DNA of 64,000 nucleotides from Anthoceros angustus. Lineage: Eukaryota > Plantae > Anthocerotophyta. The stretch covers positions 1,612,001 to 1,676,000 of the forward strand of contig MU008161.1 of NCBI GenBank assembly GCA_010909165.1, written 5' to 3'. A program made the position numbers and the translations under genes. Shown piece by piece: positions 39,055 through 51,805 of the stretch (its first letter is position 1; the number at the start of each line of letters is the position of its first letter). Below the pieces are notes generated by a model. That model saw nothing but the letters and a program-made list of their open reading frames with translations, was not told where the DNA came from and did no database searches.

Positions 39055-42000
39055 TATTTTATTGAGGGAAAAACAATGGGAAAAAACCCATCCATGAGAG
39101 GACAACGAAGGTGGACCCTGGGGGTTAAGGTGAAAAGGAGCGACTAAGCTCCTTACCTTAAGTTACCTACTACTCCCAGAACATCATATGCAGGAAGAAC
39201 AAATGGCTTGCAAACTACGGAGAAGAGAAAGAAGTGTCACCTGCTGTCGCCGCCTTGTGAAGCATTGTCGTCGAAAGGGCCCTGTGAAGGGCAATGGAGA
39301 CTCGTTGTCTGAAGTAAGCTGTGAAATAAGAAAGGGACAACCCGGCACCATGCCTGCAGGCGTGGTAGGATTTGGCACAAGACTTGAGAAATTTATCAAA
39401 GTCCGTAGTCATTGCCCCATACATTTCGAATGCGAGCAGAATAAAGAAGTGGCCCGCTTGCATCTCTCTGTACTTCCTAACCTTGAGAGTCATAGCACAG
39501 GCGATAGCCCAACCAGGATGGTTAGTGATAACATGAGCAGAGATGGTGTCTCGAGCAGGGTTAGTAACCACCACGTTCACCACCGAGACCTAATAATCGC
39601 AGACAAAGTACAAGTCAGCCCTGATTGAGTGACCTGTTCGAAGAGTGTACCCTCACTCCCTCCAGGTCATGTAACCGCTTTCGGGAGCTATGAGAAACAT
39701 GACATCGTGGATAGCATCGTGGATAGCATCGTGGGTGGCGATGCGATGACCCCCATGGAGACAACGAGCAAGGTGTACTCCAAAGTCATCAAGGACAGAG
39801 CCGCACTCGCAGGTAAGGAGGGAAGATGCCACATGCTGAAGCAAGCCATTACGAAATCGTACTGCAATGATGAATTGTGGTTGGTGCGATGACAAAATCC
39901 CGTATACATGGACGAGCTAAAAGCCAAACACCTGTGCCCTTACCAGAACAAGAGTGAAGCTGAGCTCTCGTGGACTAGGGGATGGAGGGGTCCAGACGGA
40001 CGGACTGGAAAGCCTGGCTGAGCTGCTTCTCTAGCAACAACGCTTGCAACCCTCTGAAACCATCAAGAAAAGAAAAAATTCCCGCCGAGCATCCGAAGAA
40101 TGCATTTCCTTGGCCTACCTCAAGGAAATTTGAAGAGGCGAGGTTCCCTTCTCCATACTAGACACAAGATCCTCCAGAAAGGGCCTATCTTGGAGGATGA
40201 AGTGAGAGGCCAGAGCAAGAGCAAGAAGCTAGAGTAGGAGCAAGAGGCCAGAGCAAGAGCAAGAGGCCAGAGCAGGAGCAAGATGCCAGAGCAGGAGCAA
40301 GAGACCAGAGCAAGAGCAAGAGACCAGAGCAGGATCTAACAGGGCCCAGCTGCCTAAAAAAGCCACCGGGGAAGAAACCTCCAATGAGAGTCGGCCGGCA
40401 CCTCCAAACTGCGTTGGCATGGACGCTTGCTAGTGGACCAAATTGCCTACAGGGCACTCGAAAGCCCCTAGGCCCATGATGTCCCCAAGAATATGCATAA
40501 TCTTCCTGCCAAACCCCTATGGTTGAGATAGTCGAAACAGTCGAGATATTCAAAATAGTCGAGATAGTTGAGACAATCGAGACAGTCGAGACGGGAGAGC
40601 TGGAGATGGGGGGAGCGTACGGATAAGGTAACCAGGGCGCCTAGCAAAGCAAGAGGATAGAATTCTGATGGTCACTTGAGCATCGCCCCACATAAGGAGG
40701 TCCTCGATATGGGACAAGTCCTCGGCGAGAGCCTGGTCTAGGAAGCTCCTGATGAAGTCAGCGGAGCCAAAAGGAACCCCTAAAATCCGTAGACCCAAGG
40801 CCGGAGCAATCTCCCCAGCAGGGAACTACAAAGTGGGGAGGACACCCGACGGGGACCAGACGCAGCACTTGGAGAGCTTGACCGTCAAGCCGACCAAAGA
40901 AAGCTTATAAGAGAAGAGCTGGAAGGCCTCCTTGACCTTGTCCCTAGGCCCAAGGATGTGAGAGTTGTCTACCAGCGATGGGAAGACATAGTTGTGCGCA
41001 GAGGAAGCAGCCCTAGAAAGGGCCTTGTAGTGGGCAAAGAGGGCACTGCCTAGAGGGTCGCCTTGCTGGGTACCTATGGCTGATTCCAAGACGGAAACAG
41101 CAAATCTCGAAGAGACATTCCTGTGCTGATAATAGAGGTTGGAAGACTTCCCATTGAAGCACCAGATAAAAGGTATAAGGCTCCCTATGACACCATCACC
41201 ATCCCAGCTCCTCGAAGATGATACTCCTAGAAATGGTATTGAAGGCGTTCTCGACATCCACTTGTGAAACCACTTACGGGGTTGAGGTGCTGTTGGAGGA
41301 GGAAGTGGCATTGAAGGGTAATAATACGGCTAAGGAGCTGCATGAAGGCTTCCTCACCCGCGAGTGGACACATGCCACAGCCCCGGACAAGCTTGTCCAT
41401 AGCGACCAGCCTGCTAGCTGCAAGGACTTGAGAGATCCAATGAGGCGTTTCCCTTGTGCCACACTTGCAGCCAGGGAAACGAGCTGGAGAAAGCCGTTGG
41501 ATGGGTCTTCAGGGAGAAAAAAGTCCCGAAGATGTTCGAGCACCATCCCAAACAGCCCGGTAGAAGAAAGATGTGGGGTCGTAGAGAGAACCAGAGCAAA
41601 AGCTGCGCGCTCCAGGGAGAAGGGGTCTTCAGGGACATAGTCAAGTTTTTTCAAGGGAATGGCATTCTTCAGGACTGGATGGGGGGCACAAAGGGCCGCA
41701 ATGGTCTGCTCAGAAGCACAGGCCAAAGCAAGGGGGTAAAGAGCCTTGGCAGCGCGGGCATATTCACATGCTTGGCCTAACAACTTGTAGCGCCGCAGGT
41801 TCGTTGCTACACCCGGGGCTTGTTCTACCTGCAACACGGATTTCGCAATGCTTACTCCTGAAGAGATGCCCAATCGCCGGCTCGAAAGCGAAGGATGTGA
41901 CTGGCGACCTCTCGATGATTAGAAGCCCTACCCTAGTACAACGCAGACACCACTGAGGCAGAAGCAGAAGAAGACACCGGGCCAGCTCATCTTCGGAGTC

Positions 42001-42500
42001 GAGCGCAAGCGATCCAGAGAAAGACGGAACGCTAAGCGGGCATCATCATGGAGGTGCCTGGGAATCCTGTGGAAGATGCGCGGGCATGGAAAGTGGGTTT
42101 CAAACAACCCAAGGATGTGATCCTACTAAGTATGCAACCATCCCCATGATGAGAGAGGCACCCCTGGAAGGACGACACTAGACGCCGAAACCTGAGCCAC
42201 AGAGCTGGTGGAGGTTGCAAGATGTACTTGGGCAGCCTAAGTAGTCTGGTCGAAGTCCTTATGTATGTGCCCAATGTTGGTTTTCACCTCCTTAATGCCG
42301 CAAGAGAGCTGAGCACAGACTGGATAGGGAGTGTGCTTGACGTTCATATAAGGTGTGGACCGCCCCGTTGCAGAGACAAGAAATCCTAGAGAGAAAACAA
42401 ACTGTAGACACCAGCCTAAGGGTGTCAGGGCAAAAGAGGCATCGGGGATTGGGGACAAAGAGTCCTCGGCCCCTACCGTACATACAAAGTTTTAGTTTCG
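39055..42500 (-). mobile_element. Near-full-length, decayed CRE-clade non-LTR retrotransposon (N-terminal ZnF, RT, CCHC, restriction-like endonuclease)
   Basis: N-terminal PVCAQLSCG..HIH; RT LVAMDK..PLAGEEAF, VDVENAFNTISR, GTQQGDPLG, SLVDN, GLRILGVPFG; SCSGKGTGVWL; CECGSVLDDFGVHLARC..RIATHD; RADL..VVVTNP..KVRKY..FILLAFEMYG; 3' UTR with AATAAA. Confidence 0.85.
40203..40335. repeat. Tandem CCAGAGCA(A/G)GAGCAAGAG repeats inside the CRE element
   Basis: About 6 units of 18-24 bp. Confidence 0.9.
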
Positions 42501-43089
42501 TATGGCAAACCCCAAGAGACCGGCCAAAAGGCCCCGCTTAGAGGGGTTGCAGCCCACCTCACCACTGGCAACCCACCCGAGTAGTGCCCGCACTTGCCAA
42601 ATTCTGCAGAAAAAAAAAAAGGCCAATTCATTTCCATCCTATGCACAAACCTCACAAACCATATGCTAAAGTTTTGAACTGCAAATTTCAAATTGCAAAT
42701 GACTATCGGCCTGTTTCAGTTTGTACATTGGCCATCGCACTGTGAAACAAGACCTAACAGATCACAGTACAGGGCCATTTAACTAATCTTTCTGCCATAG
42801 GATATATGACTAGTGCCCAGAGGCGTCTCCTTCATTCTTCAGTTTGGAAGTACCTATCTCACCCCTCCATCACTCTCATCCCTGCATAACTTTATCATTC
42901 TCATCCCTTCATCCCTCCATACTCTATCACTCTCATCCCCCCATCACTCTCGGGATGGCCAACTAAAAAACTATAGACCAATCCATCCCGGTTCTTTTTC
43001 TCTTTAATTGCGTCTCTTGTCTCGGCTCCCACATCTGGGCACCAGAATAAACACTTGTCATCATCATATGTGCTGCAATATCTGTCTTG

Positions 43090-43335
43090 TCTAGCTGGCT
43101 TCATCAAAAGCATGGCATCCCACCTCAACGTTCCTCCACTTTTAACAAGCACCCAATAGAGTGTGCCAAACGGCAGCATCTGACAATAGATGGATTTTCC
43201 TTACTAGAGCTAATGCTTCGTCAAGTTCTCTTGCTCAGCCCAGCAAATCCACCATGCAAGTGCAATGGTCAGCCATGGGAATGATGCCATATTGTTTGCT
43301 CATGTCCTCAAAATGCTGTAGCCCGAGTCCCTAGC
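43090..43335 (-). pseudogene. PLS-class PPR gene fragment (last repeats/E domain)
   Basis: GLQHFEDMSKQYGIIPMADHCTCMVDLLG*ARELDEAL..DAAVWHTLLGAC*KWRNVEVG. Confidence 0.85.
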
Positions 43336-43409
43336 CATAGTGCTGTGCGCTATGCCCTTATTCCCAACCGTGCGATCCAGGTTCCCCTAACCTTCAACAC
43401 CTATGCTAA

Positions 43410-43560
43410 CTGTAATGTCTTGCGATTGTGCTCAAACAGCTGGATGTAGGAAATGCTCAGTCCCAAATGCAAAGGAATCCCTATTTGTCGCCACTAACCA
43501 ATCGACTGCTCCCACCTTGATGACTCCAAGCGCATACATGCACAGGGTTGCTTGTTGCCC
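43410..43560 (-). pseudogene. WD40-repeat gene fragment
   Basis: PVHVCAWSHQGGSSRLVSGDK*GFLCIWD*..CLSTIARH. Confidence 0.6.
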
Positions 43561-44025
43561 CCATGCAGGCGAGAGCAGGGAAGGTAGTGTAAACTTCTCT
43601 GATAAAGCCAGAGCCATTTGCAATCGACCAGCCGTTGTACACACTGGCATCAGGTTCATCCGAGCGCCAAAGAAGCTCTCCGGAGCTGGCATTGAGAGTG
43701 TAAATAGGTGGACAAGGGTACTAGCTCGAGCAGGCAGGGGCAGTGAAGAGCCACCATGTCAAGCCATAATGAATATGCATGAAGTAATAGTATAGATATA
43801 GAACTTTCTTTCAAGGAAGTTCAAGACAAATCACTCACTATACAGTGATTTCAATCCGGAACATATTCTATTACCGGTGGATAATATAAGCGCTCATTAT
43901 AGGTGTATTGTGGAGGCTGGGGCGATTGGGTTAGGGCAGCCGTATGCCCCTCCAGTCAGGGCGATAAGGCACTATTTACAAAAATAACTTAAATCCAGGA
44001 CAAAAATGTCAATGAAGTCAGGTCC

Positions 44026-44673
44026 TGTGCAAGGATAAGAACGAAATAACAAGGGAGATGTTTTGTGTGGTGTGAATGAAGCTTTCTATTCTGATAGCAA
44101 GGGACCTCTGCAACAACGCCTCTTGGAGCCAACTGCATAGGATTCGATGGGCATCCCGAGTTTAAAGTAGGGCCAACTTTAGAAAAGGACTCCGCTACAA
44201 ATAGCGGCCATTGTAAGCTAAGGGCATTCAAGAATGGACGGACGGAGTCCCCTTGCTCCTTCGAGCTTCTAAGCTCTTGTGCCTTGACCCTACCAGCATT
44301 CTAGCTTGGTAGTTCTTGTGTGTTCGAGTCATATGCTTTGTGTTCTCTGAGGACTTGATTGCGTGATCGATCGTGCAATTCCATCTGTATGTATGTATGG
44401 TGCGGGACTCGGTGAGCGCAAAGACTAGGCCACATCAAGCCGTGGACGCCTCCCCGGCCACACGGTGACACTAGGCGCAAGCCACAACTTCCCCATAGTC
44501 GACTAACACGCCCGCCTGGCCCCGACATACAGAAGAGGTCATTCGTCACCACCGCTGCTCAATAGGAAAGTCCATAGGAGCATCTCAGAATGTGCGAGAC
44601 TGGTTACAAGTAGAAGGGTAGGGATCTCCCTCTTGGGGTGGGCTGCTACCTCAAGGAAACATAGTATTTAACA
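44026..44673 (+). repeat. 5' LTR (TG...CA)
   Basis: TGTGCAAGGATAAG...GTATTTAACA; matches 51806-52448. Confidence 0.95.
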
Positions 44674-44675
44674 TT

Positions 44676-44693
44676 TGGCACCCCCGGCGGGAC
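44676..44693 (+). promoter_or_regulatory. Primer binding site, probably tRNA-Arg
   Basis: TGGCACCCCCGGCGGGAC starts 2 nt after the LTR; resembles the complement of the plant tRNA-Arg(UCU) 3' end as recalled. Confidence 0.75.
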
Positions 44694-47600
44694 GTGTCCC
44701 TGATAGCAAGCAGTGTGTGAAAGACTGTAGATTTTGCGTTCTGCATACACCACGACTACCACATCCCTTGGGTATCATACACGTCTGAACCAGCGTTTCC
44801 AGCATTGCTTAGTCCTAGTATGAGGAATGCTTCAAACCGACAAATAGGAATAGAGCAGAGGTAGTAAAAGGTGACCATAAAAGAAATGATTGCTTTGCCG
44901 GTAAGATACCTGCCTTCCTTTTGGTTTTCCCAACTCCCTCTATCATATCGCCTCTTTCTTGCAAGGATAGTCAAAGAGTCCAGTGTGGGTTGTTAGAAAC
45001 CACTGTCCGTGAAAGTAGCTTGTGGACATGGGGTATCTGTGGTCCGACTTCTATGAAGCCCGGTCTTGACCCCAATACCTTGCCACGATTATGGGTCCCC
45101 AAATGAAGATCTGACGAACATCCGTGGTTGTTCAAGAAGGTTTTAAAAGCTCGCTTGATGGGAATGAAAAAGTACTTGAAGTATTTCCAAAGATCTCGCA
45201 AGGGAGTCCAAGTATGGTATGAGACATTGGAGGATGAGCTTGTGTTGATTGAGTGCCTGTGTTGCCTTCTTAACCAAGTTCAAGTGAGTCTTTCCACAAG
45301 GATCAGAAGATCGACTTGATTACTGTATCGGAAAGTCGTGAATCCATCGCAACATATGTGGAGCGGACGAGGACAGTGAAGAAGCTAGGCTACACAAAGG
45401 AAGGCGGAAAACTCAAGAAGGTGAAGCGGAAGTTCATACATGGCTTAAGAAATGAGTTTTACACCGGATGGAAGATGAAGAGAGGACCTTGGATGATGTC
45501 ATTGAGCTAGCCATGAAAAGCAAAGTTTCCTCACGCACAGGCCAAGTAAGCCTCGCCACCGAGAACGCCATCGTGGCGAGCCATTCGCGGACTCGGATCC
45601 TTCATCGTCCGAGAGCCCCATTCGAGCGCCATCTCGAACGAAAAATGCAAGATGAAGAAATCAAGGAGGACCCCTGGCTATGATGTCAAAGAGAGTGAAC
45701 GAGTTGGAGGCCATGATCACGAGGATGGCGGTCGGGAAGACACATGAGCCTGCAACAATGAAGCCCCGTGAACCATGCAAGAAGTGTGGATCTCCAGAAC
45801 ACACTACAGGTTATTGCATGAACACACCATGTGTTAGCTGCGGGGAGCATGGCCACATAGAGTGGAGATGTCCTAAGAACTCGTCAAGCAGCAGCAGCCG
45901 AGGTCGAGGAGGTGCACCACGAGGTCGTGGTCGAGGTACCGCTCAAACCTATAGGCCAGACAACTGGGGAAACCCCGTCGTCCCACCGCTGCCAGAAGAG
46001 GAGATTGTCGTCCGAGGAGTCTTCACCGAAGCTTGCATGCCAACAAAGGCAACCATCGTGCGCTTCGTGCGTAGTGTAAGAAAACGCCTCAATCCGACGT
46101 CAAGATGACTATACAAAAGAGGCGAAACAACAAAGGAAAGAAGGAAGCGTGGGTGGGCGAAATAGAGATGGAAGACATCGGCTCGAGAAGCCTGAGGCGA
46201 GGCGTAAGGGAGCGTTGTTCCTCCAATTGCCGGTGCACCGCCATACTCACTTGTGGAAGATCTTGCGATAGGGAAGTAAAGATGACATTCATGTCGAATC
46301 CTCCCCGCTGACGACGAGAGATCACCGCCTTAAGTACTCGGGAGTTGAAGCACAAGAAAGGAAAGGCTAAGCTAAAAGGGAAGTTGCCACAACATTGACG
46401 AATCGAATCGACTCATCAAACCGACCGATTGGATGGCTCCGCAAAACGACTCACCGTGAACGGCTTGGATCAATGAGGTCGAGGTCCCGGCGTCGTGGAT
46501 GGAGGGTCATCTACGAACTTGATCAATGCCGCTTGGCTCAAGATCTTGGTCTAGGTACCACCCGCAGACTAGCATGTAAGCAAGTCTTCAGAGATGCGCC
46601 CAATACAAAGCTCCTGTGGTGGGGGTCTGAAAACATCAAGGTTGTTGTTCACGGAGTAAGAGTATGGATAGGTTTCACCGTTGTGGAACTTCCCGAGCAT
46701 ATGGTGTCATCCTAGGCCAACCATGGTTAGAGTTAGTGAAAGCCGATCACCACCGGATCTGGAATCACGAAATTGGCCCGCCAACAAGACCGGGTTCGAG
46801 ATCAAGGCATGGCAGCCTGTAGAGTTCAACATGACAAGTAGCACCTCTGAAACAGGATCTGAAGCCTCTGTGTATGGTGACAGTGGTTCGGACCAGGAGG
46901 TGGATTTCACCAGCGAAGCATTCAACAGTGAACCAGAGACACTCCACATCCTATCCATTCGATTGGCCCAAGATAAGCTCAAACCTGCATACAGCATCCA
47001 ACATCCTGACTTGAAGGAATTGAAGTTTTTTGGAGCCAACGGTGTCGAGAAGGTTGCCAAAGTTGGTACGGACATAGAAGGAGAGGAACTTGAGCGTTAC
47101 AGGAATCTTTTCTCCAGATATGAACACTTGTTCATCACTGGACACGAGGAAATGCCAACTACAAACCTACGCAAGTTCAAGATCGATATCCCTGCGGGCA
47201 CAAAACCAAGGGTGCAGAAACTAAGACGGTTGTCACCGACGCACATGCAGGAGGTACGGGAAGAAGTAAGGAGGTTGAAAGCTGCTGGATGCATAGAAGC
47301 GGTGCAATATCCGGAGTGGGTATCCCCGATCGTAATTTTGATGAAGAAGAATGGGAAAATTAGGATGTGTGTCGACTTCCGGGAGTTAAACAAAGCCACA
47401 AGAAAGGACAGGTTTCCCCTTCCTCATGTGGATGAGATACTGGATGAGGTTTCTGGTCACGAGACATACTCTTTTTGCGATGGTTATTCGGGATTTCATC
47501 AGGTCGCTATCTGCGAAGAAGATCAGCCCAAGACTGCTTTTGTGACACCATGGGGTGTGTTCATGTACAAGGTCATGCCTTTCGGCCTTTGCAATGCGCC

Positions 47601-50600
47601 ATCTTGCTTCCAGGGAGTCATGATGGAGGCCCTGGGCACCACAGTAGGGAAGTTCCTACGTGTTTTCTTAGATGACTTTGCCGTGTATGGGAGAAGAGCT
47701 GATCATCCAGGAAACTTGGAGGAAGTGTTCTCCAGACTGACCCTAGCAAATATCGGGTTAAATCCCTTGAAGTGCATATTTGCTGTTAGTGAAGGGGAAC
47801 TTTTGGGGTTCATGATTGATTCCAAAGGTGTACATGCGGAGCCTGGGAAGATCAAGAAGTTTCTGGCCAAGGCCCAGCCGGTTAGCATAGAGGAAGTAAG
47901 ATCATTTGTACAGGCAGCAAGTTACTACAGGAGGTTAATACCCAATTTCACAGAGGTAGCAGCACCTCTGTACAAATCCACGCGGAAGAATCAGGAACTG
48001 GTATGGGATGAACCAATGATGGAATCCTACGAGCGGTTACAAAATTTAATGGTGTCACCCAGTCATGAAACCACCGATTGGTCAAGGACATTCTATGTGA
48101 GTGTGGAAGTAACAAGCATCTGAATACAACTTATTCCAGGATGATGAGACTAAGTCAGACCGCCAATATACTTTGCAGGTAGGCTTATGACCGGATGTGA
48201 GACCAGGTACAATGCGTTCGAGCAAGTGACGGCAGGAATGGTTGCAGGAACGAAGAAGTTCCACCATTACCTGGCATCAGGCAAATTCTTTCTGGTTAGC
48301 CTACATGCACGATACCGATGATGATACCCAATCCCACCGGACGATTTGCAAAATGGGTATGTATACTCGTGATATGACTTTGAAGTCCAGGTCAAGTCAC
48401 TAAAATTCAGACAATTGGAGGCAGGCCTGTGTGGATATGCATGCAAGGCCATCGATTCCAGTCTTCAAGGTCAGTCTGAGCAAATGGAGGAAGCCCGACT
48501 CTCACCGCCAAGTCGTAGGAGAAAGAAAGAAGGCGATGAAGAGGAAGCAAAAGGTAACCCAACCTGCACTTTAATGACCCATCTGCATTGAGTGATCTTG
48601 ACACATGGAAATTGTGGACCGATGGAGTCAGAGCGCATGGCGCTGGAGTAGGTGTGGTACTGGTGGCCCCTGATGCAAAGGAAACTGTGAAGGAAAGCTT
48701 TGCGATTCCTTTAGCTACTAACAACGAGGCGGAGTACCAAGCTTTCCTACATGGTTTAAAGCTAGCAGACGATAGGGGAGTGCGCGTCGATACGTGATAG
48801 CCAACTACTTGTCAAGCTTGCATGGAACATATGAAGTGCGTGCGAGGAATTTGAGAGCTCTTCACCACAGCTCGGAGCTAATGCGAAGTTTGAAGCAGGG
48901 TCCTTGACACATGTGCCACGACAAAGGAACGAGCTTGCTGACGGACTGGCCAAATTAGCTTTGAAGGAGGAACAAACTACCGCCCGAGCAGGTTCACAAG
49001 CCATGTCTCTAAGAATTGCGGCAGAAGTATGTCGAGTTGCTGCTGTGCGTCTGGATGAGTATGAGGAAGAAGCTGGGACGGACATCTGGAGTGTGAACGT
49101 AGCCAGCGCGGTGTTATTTGGCAACGCAGGGATTGGCGCAATAGTGAGATCTCCCCCAGGAGTGCGGATCTGTTCGATATCTAGGACTGTGGCCGCGTAA
49201 CCACAAGGAGGGGCTGGCAATGGCGATCCTGGCAGGGTTAGTGGAAGCAGCCAAGTGTGGAGCAAAGCGGGTAATGATCAAGAGCCATGACTCAGGAATG
49301 TTGCTTGAGGTCCAGAATTTTGCGGCAGGCCAAGCTAGTACAGTGGCAACCCCAGTCTTGATACAGATCGCAAGATTTGTGGCGACAATGGATGGAGTGG
49401 GTTTTCTACACATCGACGAAGCTCAGAATATTAAGGCACATAAGTTAGATGCGGTGTCTCTCTGCAGGAATGCAAGGACGAACACAGTGCACGACATTCC
49501 GAGCGATGGTCAGAAGATTGAAAACCCGCAACCTTGTATGGACAAATCGCAGATTATCTCAAGGAAAGGAAAATGCCGGAAGGAGCCGATCCAAGCATGA
49601 AAAGGAAGTTACAATCTTGGTCGAAAGCATACACCATGATAGAAGGGAAGTTGTTTAGAATCGGTCCCGATAGGGTCCTACGCTTGTGTGTATGGGGCGA
49701 CGTATACCTGATCCTTTTGAGATGCATGACTCGTGTGTGGTGGTCATTTGATGCAACGCAATCGGTCAAAAGATTCGAGGGCTGGTTTTTACCGCCCACC
49801 TTGTTCAAGGATGTTCGTGAGTATTGCTAGCAGTCTCGCCAAAATTTGCTCAAGTGTCACCAAGGTGGTTTGTGTCCAGTGTTTCCTAGCGGTCCCTTTG
49901 TCAAGTGGGGTATTGATTGTATAGGTCCGATCAAAGGTCATTTCATGGCAATCGCTACATAATAACGGCAACTGACTATGCTACCAAGTGGGTTGAAGCT
50001 GAGGCCGTGCCAGCATTATCAGGAGAAATGGTAGGGAACTTCGTACCATCATGTGATCACAAGGTTTGGATGTCCAGTAGAGATAGTGTCAGATCGAGGT
50101 CGAGAGTTTGTCAACGAGGTGGTTGAGAAAGTCATGTCCATGTTCTTTGTCAAGCATAGGTTAACAACGGCCTATCATCCTATGGCTAATGGTCAAGCTG
50201 AAAGCTCAAACAAGATAGCCATCAAAGTGTTGTCTAAACTTTGCCAGGATGAGCCACGACGCTGGGATCAACACCTGTATGGTGCCCTCTGGGCCATGCG
50301 AACCCGTGTTAAAGCGGTGGGAGTTTCCTTCGAATTAGTTCACGAGTACCGCTAGGGTACCCTCTCAAGTCACTACGAACAAGAGGATTCGCATCCCGGA
50401 GGCTATGTCTATGGAAGAAGATGCAAGGATTGTACAGTTGCATGAATTGGATGAGGTTACAAGAGCAGCCTACCTCACCATCGAAGAAGAGAAACTCAAG
50501 CGAAAGAAAAGTATGATGAGGACAGAAGGAGTTCGGTTTCTGTGGGAGAATGGGTCCTCGCAAACGTCCGCAGTATCTCAAAAGGGAGTTTGGGGCGGTC

Positions 50601-50879
50601 GTCGAAAGGCCCATGGCTTGTCAAAAGATACATGAGAATGGGTCAGAGATGTGGTGAAACCATCTGATCCGAAGTCGGAGACGGTAAGTGGGTCTCACCT
50701 CAAGAAATTCTATTGCTGATAACACCGCCATGAGTAGCTGCGGTCCTGATTAGGATGCCTGCATACCATGATTGAAGGCATCTAACCTAAGCCAGCAGAC
50801 TATTTTTAGGTGGGGATTAGACTTGGATAGGGTATGATGGGTGAATGGCTGAGAATGTGATTGTTGGTAGCCCGAACAA

Positions 50880-51611
50880 GTGGCCAATGGTGGCCAAGAG
50901 AACTACTTAAAGCTAGCAGAGTTGATAGGAGGTGTACTTCGTACCATGACAGGAATGGACTCCTTCTGGCCTACATATGACCCTCAGCTACTGCAGAGGC
51001 CTCGTAGTAGGAAGGAAGTCATCCCGTCGTTACATCGCGGGCACCATGAGTGGTGCCCGATAGAAGGTTTTGATGAGAGGCGCCTTGACTTGAGTCTGAT
51101 GGGTAGGTCCAATGCGTATACATGGACCCGGAGGTGTCATGAATGTTGGGAGGATCTTCGGATGCACTTGTGGCTGCATCAGGTGTGTGCTGGGGTAGAA
51201 GCTTGCAGAGTGGACGGGTCAATGTTTCACGGGAAAAAACCATCCAACCATGGGGAACTTCAAGCTTGGTTAGTCGATTTGCGTGTCACCGGAAGGTCAG
51301 CCGAGTTCAATGATTGGTATTACTTGGTATATCCTTTGGCTCGGATCTTGAAGAAAGACTTAGCTTTTTGGGAATGGTCATCTGTTCATGATGCTTCCTG
51401 GGACGCCTTAAGGCTGCCCGGAACAGCTCCCACGCCCGAGCCAACACTTATCCGAGTGATAGATTTTGCTGACCAACACTCGCATGCCTTGGAGCCTACA
51501 CTGGAGTCGATTGAAGAGGAGTCGAAAGACTTGATAGACCAGTTTGCAGGATTGATGCGGGGATTTATATCAAAGTTGAAAGGTAATGCCAGGGATAAAG
51601 CAGGGCCTTAA
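50880..51611 (+). CDS. Extra sense ORF between integrase and 3' LTR
   Basis: 243-aa open frame, possibly extending to ~50768 through premature stops; contains an RT-thumb-like segment; homologous but frameshifted at 59889-60590. Confidence 0.65.
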   Translation: MANGGQENYLKLAELIGGVLRTMTGMDSFWPTYDPQLLQRPRSRKEVIPSLHRGHHEWCPIEGFDERRLDLSLMGRSNAYTWTRRCHECWEDLRMHLWLHQVCAGVEACRVDGSMFHGKKPSNHGELQAWLVDLRVTGRSAEFNDWYYLVYPLARILKKDLAFWEWSSVHDASWDALRLPGTAPTPEPTLIRVIDFADQHSHALEPTLESIEEESKDLIDQFAGLMRGFISKLKGNARDKAGP

Positions 51612-51789
51612 TGACCAACCATCAGGCATGAAGATGGAAGAACTTTCCCGGTGGCTCTTAGCTGGGTGAACAATACGATGCAGGGTGTGGTGTGCAATTC
51701 AGTGTGTGAAGTGTAACAGGGATCATGGAGTCGTGCGTGTGCGTAACTACATCCTTGCCCTTCTTATCAGGGGAGCGAGCCCAGGCGCC

Positions 51790-51805
51790 AGCCGGGGGGA
51801 GCCAA
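51790..51805 (+). promoter_or_regulatory. Polypurine tract
   Basis: AGCCGGGGGGAGCCAA directly before the 3' LTR. Confidence 0.7.
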
